From NCBI RefSeq assembly GCF_004010195.1, contig NC_057749.1:23218583-23238582 (forward strand): a stretch of DNA of 20,000 nt, read 5' to 3'. Both the position numbers and the translations under genes were made by a program. Numbering within the stretch: position 1 is the first letter of the stretch; every line of letters starts with the position of its first letter. The notes under the pieces were generated by a model. That model did no database searches and was not told the origin of the DNA. It saw nothing but the letters and a program-made list of their open reading frames with translations. The stretch comes from Chiloscyllium plagiosum. Lineage: Eukaryota. Of this stretch, positions 9,892 to 19,496 are shown in pieces.

Positions 9892-10354
9892 CTTTCAGTA
9901 CTAATACTTGAAAGATACATTCATTGCAATCTTTACCTCTCATTTCATCTAACTTCAACTCACTTCATTTAATTTCACTCTATCTTACTTAATCCACATC
10001 TAACTGTAATGTTAACTCTATAAGTTTGGCTTGAGCCGTACTACCCCGATTTCAGTAATGTGGCCAGCTTTGTTCTCCATGTGCATCTCACCTCGTGGCT
10101 CTCTGTCTTCTTTGAAATTCCTTAAAGGCACACGCTTTTGAAAAGTGGTTTGGGAGACTTCTCCAAGAAAATGCCTTTGTTCTGTAAAATTTGTTCATTT
10201 CCAGAAAGATCTCAGTCAATGAATCAATCAATGTCTGATCACGTGGTTCGATCCCCAGCCCACGGAGTTTACTAGTGAACACCTCCCAAGCAGCAAATGG
10301 TGACATCCCATATAAGGTAGCGGTAGTGGCAAGACGTCGAGAGACCACCATGGC

Positions 10355-10585
10355 TGAATTAACTCCTTGGAGGCTAGTGTCCCATCACCAAGTCACCCTC
10401 CATTTACACGTGCACAGTACATGAATGACCCAGCTAGTACAGTGCCAATCCCTGAAGTGGTAAGAATCTCTGAGACTCCTGTTTACTTCTGTCAGCCAAA
10501 GGTCCCTGATTGGCCGAGGTTAAAAATCCCATTCAGGGACCTCATACTCATTGAGACCGACCTGGGCCTTGATCCAATCACTACA
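10355..10585 (-). mobile_element. Solo LTR (family B), 231 bp
   Basis: TG...CA termini. The flanks ATGGC and ATGAC are consistent with a decayed 5-bp TSD. Homologous to 170-334. Confidence 0.75.
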
Positions 10586-10689
10586 ATGACACTTTGCCTT
10601 ATTTGGTGAACATAGGAAACTACAGGTCACACATGTCCTAGTTGCAGTCTTAACTAAGTATTACTATTACACAGTCTGCTATGATACAC

Positions 10690-11330
10690 AGCCCATTATC
10701 AGCCACGAATAGTACCCATTAGCAGCTATTCATTCCCCCAGATTGACCTTTATCCTGTCCTTTCACAGAATCATAGAATTCCTATGTATGGAAACAGGCC
10801 ATGCAGCCCAACAAGTCTACATCGACTGTCTGAAGTGCATCCCACCCAGATTCACCCCATCTCTGTAACCCTACATTTTCCATGGCTAACCCACCTACTC
10901 TGCACATCCCTGGACAGTATGGGCAATTTCCCATGGCCAATCCACCTTAACCTGCACATCTTTGGATTGTGGGAGGAAACCAGAGCACCCGGAGGAAACC
11001 CCAGCAAACACGGGGAGAATGTGCCAACTCCACACAGACAGTTGCCTAGGGCTAGAATTGTACCCGGGTCCCTGGCGCTGAGGCAGCAGTGCTAACCATT
11101 GAGCCACCATGCCATCCTTTGTCTGCCCAATTGTTTTTGTCTTGCTTTGGGCTCTATCTACACCTACCATTTACTCCTTACCCCCCACCCAAGCTTCTGC
11201 ATAAAAACCAAACTTTTCCTTGCTACCATCAGCTCTGAAGAAGGTTCACTGAATCTAAAATGTTAACTCTGCTTTCTCTCCACAGGTGCTGCCAGACCTG
11301 CTGAGCTTTTCCAGCAATTTCTGGTTTTTG
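10690..11330 (+). mobile_element. Older PLE 3' region, interrupted by the SINE at 10765-11113
   Basis: Decayed hammerhead CTGAAGAAGGTTCACTGAATCTAAAATGTT at ~11235-11263, followed by a PLE-type tail TGCTGCCAGACCTGCTGAGCTTTTCCAGCA. The left boundary is approximate. Confidence 0.6.
10765..11113 (-). mobile_element. HE1-like SINE, (GATTCTAT)n tail subtype
   Basis: Reverse-complement head, V-domain and tail; TCCTTT occurs on both flanks. Confidence 0.92.
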
Positions 11331-12255
11331 TATCAGCAGATAGAAATTGAGAGGCATGAAATTCAGGGATCTGATGGATCATGGAGTATAGATCTTGAAA
11401 GAATGTACAGGTTGGTAAAGATGGGTGGATTGGGAATATGGAGAGCTGGAGGGAGGGAGAGTTTGGGGGCAGCAATACTGGTGGACGTCAGATAGTGTGG
11501 GGTAGATGAGAAACATCAGGAAGCGTTAGAGAGAACCTGGACAAAATGAGGGATTGGGTCAACGGAGATTACATAGACCGGAGTGATTAAGTGAGAATGG
11601 GGTGGAGGAGTGAAACTTGGGGTCGGAGATCAGGTTATGAGAAACAGCTGAGATACAGCAGGGTTGTAGAGTGATCAAGGTTCAGAGCTCAGGACAGATT
11701 GAGAAGAGAGTCTGTAGGTTAACATAATGGACTGGAGGACACTTTCAGCCTCCTTCTGACCCACAAGGAATGTTGTAAAGACACACATGATGGATAAGAA
11801 ACTTAGTGCTTCCTGTTACCAGTTGTGTCACCTGAGGGCTAGCCAATAGAAGCTCCAGGAGGAGGAGGGATAGATTTGTGGGGGCATTTAAAGCTCAATA
11901 AAGATGTTGGGGCAACTCAACTGTTGAAACTTTGACATCTCAAACCTGAACCCTAACCCAAACTCCAATCAAAGCAACTCTGGACATAACAGACCAAGGG
12001 TAGAGTTGATCAGCCAGCACACTCCAAGGAAATGGGCTCTCCAGATAAATATTCTGATGTGGTTGAGAAATCTCCATTCACCAGTTTTTTTTTTTAGGAC
12101 TTGATCCTGGATAGTTGGTTAGCAAGCTCTTAGGAAACTGGAAAGCTAAAGGGAGCTGAGGATAGATCCAGGAAGGAGCAAGTTATATCTATAGCACTGC
12201 TTGCAGGTCAAGAGAATCAGAAGTATTTCACAAAACACCCTGCCACTAAGCTTTC

Positions 12256-12461
12256 TGAAACAACTCTTCAGAGGCTGACATCCCATCACCCTTTGACAAT
12301 AACATTGCCTCTTACCAAGTCAGACATTCCAGGGGCTCAATATCGCTGACATGTACCCTTTTATGTCAGCCAGGGCTCCCTGTTTGGACTGGATTATCAG
12401 CTTCAGTCAGTGAACTCATATTAAAGATGTCCAGCTGACTGACCTCATTACAACCGCTACA
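12256..12461 (-). mobile_element. Degenerate LTR (family B)
   Basis: TG...CA termini and homology with 10355-10585. The flanks CTTTC and CCTTC may be a TSD or a polypurine tract. Confidence 0.65.
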
Positions 12462-12768
12462 CCTTCCTTCCAGAGGATTGGATGTACATACAACATCCCA
12501 TACCCCTTTCACAACTCCCAGAGTTTGAGGATTGCATCCTCACCCAAGCTTTCTGTAATGGCCTGGTCTGGATTGCTCTGACTCACTCCAGCCAAACCTG
12601 TCAATCTGGCTCAGTGTGTCAGGAGATCAGCTATCTCAAGTTTCTAACCACTGCTGTCAACTTTCAGACACCTGTTGAAATGAACATATAGCCTCCTTTT
12701 CATCTGAACTTATGAATAAAGAGTAGGAATAGGCATTCAACTCCTCAAGCCTGCTCCACCACTTAAGA

Positions 12769-13340
12769 TCATAGAGTCATGCAGCATGGAAACAGATCCT
12801 ACAGTCTATAGAATAGAATCCCTATTGTGGAAACAGGCCCTTCGGCCTAACAAGTCCACACCTACCCTCAGAATTGTAACCCTCCCAGACCCATTCTCTA
12901 TTACTCTACATTTACCCCTGACTAATGCACCTAACCCAAACATCCCGGGACATTATGGGCAATTTAGCATGGCCAATCCACCTAACCTGCACATCTTTGG
13001 ACGGTGGGAGGAAACTGGAGCACCCGGAGGAAACCGAAGGCAAACCCAGGGAGAATGTGTAAACTCCACACAGACAGTCACTCCAGGCTGGAATTGAACC
13101 TGGGTCTCCGGTGCTGTGAGGCAGCAGTACTAACCACTGAGCCATTGTGTCAAACATAATCCCAAATTAAACTAGTTCCACCTGCCTGGTCCTGGCCCGC
13201 ATCCCTCCAAACCTTTCCTATTCATGTATTTATCTAAGTGTCTTTTAAACATTGTAACTGTACCCGCATCAATCACTTCCTCAGGAAGTTCATTCCACAT
13301 ACCAACCACCCTCTGTGTAAAAGGATTTACTCCTCATGTC
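12769..13340 (-). mobile_element. CR1 3' fragment split by the SINE at 12809-13151
   Basis: Tail TCATAGAGTCATGCAGCATGGAAACAG; the sequence continues at 13152-13340, homologous to 1310-1480. Confidence 0.8.
12809..13151 (-). mobile_element. HE1-like SINE
   Basis: Reverse-complement A/B boxes, V-domain and tail. Confidence 0.92.
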
Positions 13341-13811
13341 TACCCCATTATAACACCTCATCCCCCTCTTTATTGCCTTTGTTATAGTTGTAAATAGGCA
13401 GGTTGTATTGAGTTGGATTTATTTGAACTTCCCATCTACCTCATCCCCACTTTGGGGGTAAACATTGTGCCTCCGATAAGTCACCTTTTCTCTTTCTGCT
13501 GATGCTACCTGGCCTTCAGAGTGTTTCCAGTATTTTCTGCCATTCAATTGCAGAAGAGTTTCAAATCGAAGAACAAAAGTAACTATTAAAAGTAAAGGAC
13601 ACAGGAGGGAAACTGGGCCACCACATCCACAGTTTGTTTAAAATCACACAACACATGAATCACTTTGAAATGCATCATTTGGGCACTTGTGTGGTGATAA
13701 TAAAGCATGACTTTCATCTCCTCCCCAAGGTTTGCTTTTTCCTGCCACCCAGAAAGAACTACATTTAAAAAAAAATACAACAGAAAAGACATGGTTATGC
13801 TCCGTGCACGA

Positions 13812-13860
13812 TGATTTATCGCTTTGGTAATCATTAGCCTAGTTGGGTGACCTTTGACCT
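13812..13860. promoter_or_regulatory. Candidate enhancer motif cluster (PBX-HOX, HNF1-like, perfect DR1)
   Basis: TGATTTAT at 13812-13819, GGTAATCATTAGC at 13826-13838 and TGACCT-T-TGACCT at 13848-13860. Motif matches only. Confidence 0.35.
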
Positions 13861-14036
13861 CACTGCATCAACACATGAACAGGAGTAGGTCATCCAGTCC
13901 TTTTAGTCTGTCTGCCATTCAATAAGATCATGGCTCATTTGGACCCTAACTCCATATGCCTGTTTTTGGCCCAATCCCTCAAAACCTTTGCTTAAAAGTT
14001 TACCAATCTCAGATTTAAAATTAACAATGTAAAATT

Positions 14037-14186
14037 CATAGAATCATAGAATCCCTACAGTGTGCAAGCAGGCCAGTTGGCCCATTGAGTCCACACTGAC
14101 CCTCTGAGGAGAATCCCATCTAGACCCATTCCCCTATTCTGTAACCCTGCATTTCCCATTGATAACCCACCCAGTCTGCACATCTC
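14037..14186 (-). mobile_element. 5'-truncated HE1-like SINE
   Basis: CATAGAATCATAGAATCCCTACAGTGTG tail running to CTGCACATCT. Confidence 0.85.
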
Positions 14187-14221
14187 TAAACTGATCCAGT
14201 ATCAACTACCATTTGTGGAAG

Positions 14222-14396
14222 CAGGAAAATCGACGTTTCGGCCCTCCTCTCATTATACCTCTCCACCCTTCAGGCACTCTGCCTGTATTCCTGATGAAGA
14301 GCTTTTGCCTGAAATTTTCCTGCTCCTCGGATGCTGCCTGACCTGCTGTGCTTTTCCAGACTCTAGTTTCCAGCATCTGCAGTCATTGTTTTTACA
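14222..14396 (+). mobile_element. Short PLE insertion (family A-related) with an inverted head
   Basis: TSD TACCATTTGTGGAAG at 14207-14221 and 14397-14411. Inverted stub CAGGAAAATCGACGTTTCGG. The motif CTGATGAAGAGCTTTTGCCTGAAA lacks its cleavage site. Confidence 0.82.
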
Positions 14397-14996
14397 TACC
14401 ATTTGTGGAAGACAGTTCCAAATATTCACCACCCTGTGTGTGTAGAAGTGTTTCATAACGTATCTCCTGCACAGTCCGCCCCTAAATTTTATACAATTAC
14501 TCCTAGTTCAAGAATCTTCAATGAGTGAAATAGTTTACCTTTATCAACCCTGTCTTTTCCTGCTACTATCTCAAAGACTTCTGAAGTTCATCCCTCATTA
14601 TGTTGCACTATTGAGTTACAGTCCGAGGTGACACATGTCAGAAGCATTGAGAATTAATGCATTCTTAGAGTTCTTAAAGCTGCAGCTACATTTAAAGGGA
14701 CCACAACTGTTACTGGGTACAAGACTTGAAATAACTTGGCTGCAGTGCAGAGCACCTTCACTTTCCTATGTAGCTTTGGAGATATTCCCGAAGAGGAACT
14801 CTCATTCCTCATTATATACAGATCCACGTTTTCAAGTACTCGTGCCATTGCAATTTCCTTCCTTGAATTGACAGGTCCAGATGCATCACATGGTCCTTTG
14901 CCGGAGATAGAGTGTTTCTATTATAGCATTATCCATGGTTTTTTGTTAACAACAGGAGGTCCGTTCCCCTAATCCCTGTGGATAATAAGGATTTTT

Positions 14997-15330
14997 AGAA
15001 TTAGAATTAGGTTTATTGCTCTGTGTATGCAAGTTACAGAAAATCTGGACTACAGTTAAAAGTGTAACAATGTCATCAATCCATGGCACCATCTTAAGTA
15101 CCTAGGCACAAAAGAAAAGAGAAAAAACAAATTACAGTACATTAGAGATATCCATAGTATAAGTGCAAGTTAGGAAAACAAGAAATAAAACTAAAAACAT
15201 AGACATTAAAAGATTTGGTGCACATTAAAAGAGAGTTTGATTATTCTGGGTCCTCCCCGACTAAAAAGCCCCAGAAAACCTGCTTGATGGAAGGAGGTGG
15301 GAATGCTGACACCAATAATCCACTGTCCGC
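14997..15330 (-). mobile_element. Non-autonomous repeat with a Rex1-like 3' tail
   Basis: The reverse complement of 14997-15096 resembles 19291-19376 (AAGATGG...GTGACATTGT.ACACTTTT.ACTGTA...CAATAA). The right boundary is uncertain. Confidence 0.45.
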
Positions 15331-15671
15331 TGTGTCGCACTGTCAATACTGATAATACTTCAGCCCTCCACTTGAGAACTATGTCCCATGTGAGAACGCA
15401 ATGATAGCTTCCACATTAGTATCTTCCTAGTTGTGCTAATTTCTGCCCCAATGACTAACTTGGCCAATCTAGGGACACCAACCTCAACATCATCTCCTAC
15501 CTCTTTGCTGCCATAACCATCAACCCTTCCTTATTCATGACTCTTCCATTAGCCTCCTTGATGGCTGGTCCCTCATCTATAAAAGCCTCTACCTAACCCA
15601 CCCTGGTACAAATACTTCTGAGCCACTCCCAACCATATCTTTCTCCTCTGCCTATCACTTTACTTGTCATT

Positions 15672-16348
15672 TGAGTTGATTTATTATCGTCACATGTACC
15701 TAGATACAGTGAAAATTTTTTTTATTCATTCACGGGATGTTGGCATCATTGGTTAGGCCAGCATTTATTGCCCATCCCTGAATGCCCGAGGGCACTTAAG
15801 AGTCAAACGCATTATTGTGGGTCTGAAGTCATATGTAGGCCAGACCAGGTAAGGATGGCAGTTTTCGGCCCTAAAGGGCATTAGTGAACCAGATGGGTTT
15901 TTCCTGACAACCTATAATAGATTCATGCTCATCAGCAGACCCTTAATTTCAGGTGCAGTACAGGCAGATCATAGTATACAAAGATCACAGGGTGATAGAA
16001 CAAAGCAAGGAATATAGAGTTACGGCTCCAAAAAAGGTGCACAAAAAGCTAGATCAACATTAGATTTAGAGTTAGAGAGTTCCATCCAGAAGTTTAATAA
16101 CAGCAGGGAAGAAGCTGTACTTGAATCTGTTGTTACTTGTGTTCAAGCTTCCCAACAGAAGAGGTTGGAAGAGATTGTGACTAGGGTAGGAGGGATCTTT
16201 GATGATGTTGGCAGCAGGAAGTGTAGATGGATGGAAGGTTGGTTTGTGCAATGGACTGGGCTGTGTTCACAGCTCTCTGTAGTTTTGTACGGTCCCGGGC
16301 AGAACAGTTGCCGTACCAATCTGTGATGCATCCTGATAGGATGCTTTC
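15672..16348 (-). mobile_element. Rex1/Babar-like LINE 3' fragment, interrupted at ~15716-15952
   Basis: The minus strand from 16348 reads ESILSGCITDWYGNCSARDRTKLQRAVNTAQ, typical of the Rex1/Babar C-terminus. Confidence 0.75.
15716..15952 (-). mobile_element. SINE-like repeat with an A-rich tail, nested in the Rex1-like element
   Basis: The minus strand ends GGGATGGGCAATAAATGCTGGCC...TGAATGAATAAAAAAA and contains AAAAACCCATCTGGTTCACTAATG. I recall it as an abundant elasmobranch repeat; family not assigned. Confidence 0.65.
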
Positions 16349-16519
16349 ATTAACTTCCACCTCACTGACCTCTCAAACAAAATCGTTGGCATGAACCTCC
16401 CTCCCATGCCCCATGTTGGAAGCCTGAGCGAGATTCTTCCTCGGCCTCTGCCACCATTGCCTCCGAATCCACTTGGATTTTCAACCCAAATCCAAAGTTC
16501 ATGGTCTCCCTCTGTTTGT

Positions 16520-16745
16520 ATCATAGAATCAAAGAAAAGTACAGCAGATCAAGAGGCCATTCTGCCCATCGAATCTGTACCATCTCTCAAGTTAGTCCCA
16601 ATCTCCTGTTCTTTTCCCATAAGTTTTTTTTCTATTTCAACAGGTTATTTTCGAAAGCCATTATTAAATCTGCATCCACCACCCAGCAAGATAATGTATT
16701 CCGAATCCTAACCATTCATTGCAAAAAATGAGTTTTTTTCTCATG
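16520..16745 (-). mobile_element. Degenerate CR1-type 3' end
   Basis: ATCATAGAATC...TACAGC...GAGGCCATTCTGCCCATCGA tail pattern. Confidence 0.55.
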
Positions 16746-16891
16746 ATTTTAAACACCCCAAAGCAAATTTCCTCTTGTTTCATTCAATCTTTTCCTATCC
16801 CGGTAACCACTTAATTGTTATAACTGTTTCAGGGCTTTGGTGAGACCACTTATGAAATATTGTGCGCAGTTTTGGTTATTAAAGCAAGGAA

Positions 16892-17173
16892 GGGGGTGGC
16901 AATGGTTAACACTGCTACCTCCCAATACCACAGACCTGGGTTCGATTTCACCCTCAAGTGAATGATTGTTCAAACTCCACATAGACATTCTCCCCATGTC
17001 CATTTCAGTTTCCTCCCACAGTCCAAAGGTGTGCAGTCTAGGTGGATTAGCCAAGGGAGATGCAGGGTTACAGGGGTAGGGTAGGGGGATGGATCTGGGT
17101 GGGATGCTCTTTGGATGGTCGTTGTGGACTCGATGGGCCACATGGTCTGCTTCCACACTATAGGAATTCTATG
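16892..17173 (+). mobile_element. Degenerate HE1-like SINE
   Basis: GGTTAACACTGCTACCTC, GGTTCGATT, GTTTCCTCCCACAGTCCAAAG and a tail ending ATTCTATG. Confidence 0.85.
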
Positions 17174-17566
17174 CAAACTTGCATTACCTATTAAGTCATT
17201 CCCTGGGATGACGGGTAAACCTATATTGAGAGGCTGAGTAAATTGGCTCTATGTTTGTTTGAGTTTAGAAAATTGAGATAAAGGCAATATTCTGAAGTGA
17301 ATTAATAGGATATATGCTGAGAGATTGCTTCCGATGGCTAGGAAGTCATGTTCATAAGTGGCTTGAAAATGGGCTGATTGTTTAGAAGTGAAATGATAAG
17401 CCAAAGGGCTGTGAACTCTCTATCTCAGGGGGTTGTGGATACTGCATCGTTGACCACATTTAAAGCTCAGATAAACACATCTTCAATGCCTTGAAGAATC
17501 AGGATTGAGCCGAAAATTGGAGTTGAAGCCCACGATCAGTCATGATTGTATTAAATGGTGGAGCAG

Positions 17567-17651
17567 AAGTCGAGAGTGTAGTGCTGGAAAAGCACGGCAG
17601 CATCAGAGGAGCAGAAGAATCGACATTTCGGGCATAAGCCCTTCATCAGGA
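17567..17651 (-). mobile_element. 85-bp PLE family A fragment with a hammerhead motif
   Basis: Direct repeat ATTAAATGGTGGAGCAG at 17550-17566 and 17652-17668. The minus strand reads CTGATGA-A-GGGC(TTAT)GCCC-GAAA-T-GTC. Confidence 0.85.
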
Positions 17652-18175
17652 ATTAAATGGTGGAGCAGGCTTGATGGACTGAATGACCTATTTCTCCTTC
17701 TATTTCTTGTGTTCTTGTATTGTCACCCCTGCTAGAATCTTCACACCTGACTCTTTTGTCACTGACTCGGCTGTTTGTGATTTTTCTACATTGCTATCGC
17801 CACCAATACCTTCCGATATTTCTAACCATCACTCCCAGAATCATTAACAAATGTTGCTGGACAAATTGGCTGCAACATTTTCACAACCTCACTCTCAACC
17901 TCTCAGATCCATCACCTCTGCCTTTCCACCCATTATTAATTCCCCGCCTCTATGGATCTGGCTTTTCACATCAACAATCCCATTTCTGCCAGGTTGTGCT
18001 CCATCTTCTGCCCACTTCCCTTGTCCTGGCACGGTCTTCATTTTCTCAGTTGTGCATCTGAGCGTGGAGCTAGTCTGGTGCACAATCTACTCTCTCCGTT
18101 CAGGCGGAACCTGTTTTATCTCCTCAGAGAATGGTCGGGATTTAAAGCATGCTACTAAATGGAATGAAGTTAATT

Positions 18176-18515
18176 GGAGCGACACGATGGTTCAGTGGTT
18201 AGCACTGCTGCCTCACAGCACCAGGGACCCAGGGCTGAATCCAGCCTCGGGTGACTTTCTGTGTGGAGTTTGCACATTCGCTCCATGTTTGCTTGGGTTT
18301 CCTCCGGGTGCTCCAGCCTCCTCCCACAGGATGTGCAGGTTAAGTGCATTGACTATGCTAATTGCCCCATAGTATCCAGGGATGTACCGAATAGGTGGAT
18401 TGGCCATTGGGAATGCAGGATTACAAGGATAGGGTAGAGGGAGAGGTCTGGTTGGAGGGTCGGTGTGGACTTGATGGGCTGAATGGACTGCTCCCACACT
18501 GTGGGGATTCTATGA
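18176..18515 (+). mobile_element. HE1-like SINE, GATTCTAT tail subtype
   Basis: Head, V-domain and tail are all present. Confidence 0.9.
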
Positions 18516-18700
18516 TAGCTCAGTTGAATCGATGGCTGGTTTCTGATACCAAGTGACACCAGCAGAGTGGGTTCAATTTGTGCACTGGCTGCGATTACAA
18601 TGAAATTCCCATCTTTTCAACCTCGTGTGAGGTGACCGTCAGGTTAAACCACCACCAGTTGTCTCTTTAGTAATGAAGTGGGACTATAATGCCTTTACCT
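18516..18700 (+). mobile_element. A second, older tRNA-derived SINE-like element
   Basis: TAGCTCAGTTG (A box) and GGGTTCAATT (B box), with a body unrelated to HE1, ending TGGGACTATAATGCCTTTACCT. Confidence 0.55.
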
Positions 18701-18949
18701 CCCCTTTATTATTTCATTCAATCACACATTTGGGTCAATGAGGGCACACTGCTATGATATTATTTTAAATAAATTTAGAATGACAATCTACAAAAATCTC
18801 TCCACACTGATATTTTATTTCAACAAGTATGTTTAAATATTGCTCATATTTGGTATGGTGTGACAATTGTCACATCACTATTTGTGGGAGCTTCCAGTTT
18901 GCAATTTGGTTGCCAGGTTCCCTACATTGCAAAAATTCAAAGGTACCTC

Positions 18950-19376
18950 CAGGCAGCGGACAGCAGCCAAAGATGGTGGCAGTGATGGTCACAGTTAAGA
19001 CCTTGTGAGCCACGACGAGGCCTGGCATGCCCGATGGAGGTCAGCAGCGGAGGTCAATGGCATAGGAAGCTGCCAAAATGGGCGGGTCTTAGCCCAGCGC
19101 AGGGGAGAGCGAGCCATTTTGGGGATAGCCCAGATCAGAGCATCTGCAGGCCCATGGCTTTGGAAAGGACCGTAATGTTTGACTTTTTAAATTGTATTTC
19201 TTTATTTTCCTGTTTTTATACTAAGACGTCTGTGGTGCTGAACTTCATTTCTTCATTTTTCTACTTCTGTAACAAAGACTTTTTGTACCGAAGATGGCGC
19301 AGTGTACGGTGACATTGTACACTTTTCACTGTACTCCTGTATTCTCCACTTGAGCACGTGGCAATAATATCTAAAT
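18950..19376 (+). mobile_element. Non-autonomous repeat with a GC-rich body and Rex1-like tail
   Basis: The tail TTTTCACTGTA...CACGTGGCAATAA resembles the reverse complement of 15672-15715 and 14997-15096. Confidence 0.5.
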
Positions 19377-19496
19377 AGAGAGTCATAGAGTCCTACAGCA
19401 CGGAGACAGGCCCTTTGGCCCAAGCTGGTCCATGCTGACCCAAATTGTCCATCGGCACTAACCCCATTTCCCTGCACTTGGCCCATATCCTTCTAA
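19377..19496 (-). mobile_element. CR1 3' tail interrupted by a PLE
   Basis: AGAGTCATAGAGTCCTACAGCACGGAGACAGGCCC...GGCCCATATCC. Confidence 0.85.

Larger units (their letters stand above)
13872..14580 (-). mobile_element. Old CR1-type LINE 3' fragment hosting a SINE and a PLE insertion
   Basis: Tail CAGGAGTAGGTCATCCAG...AATAAGATCATGGCT and the peptide HFYTHRVVNIWNCLP. Confidence 0.7.
16818..17720 (+). mobile_element. Old CR1-type fragment hosting a SINE and a PLE
   Basis: RALVRPLMKYCAQFW (cf. LVRPHLEYCVQFW) at ~16830-16876; a decayed C-terminus and tail run to ~17720. Confidence 0.65.

Noticed and set aside
7709..9905. Inverted-repeat elements as MITE/DNA transposons or pre-miRNAs
   Set aside because: The arms are asymmetric (one extends into a tail), contain hammerhead cores and have long variable TSDs, which fits PLE products.
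11340..12240. Purine-rich stretch, possibly an old L2-like LINE or other repeat
   Set aside because: Too decayed to assign by eye; needs RepeatMasker or Dfam.
14635..14972. Three overlapping 64-78 aa ORFs in non-repeat-looking DNA
   Set aside because: No recognisable domain or convincing splice-site pair; the lengths are within chance expectation.
3644..18559. Many short ORFs sharing GGTVAQWLALLPH or NLHIFGLWEET peptides, as a gene family
   Set aside because: They are chance translations of HE1-like SINE copies.
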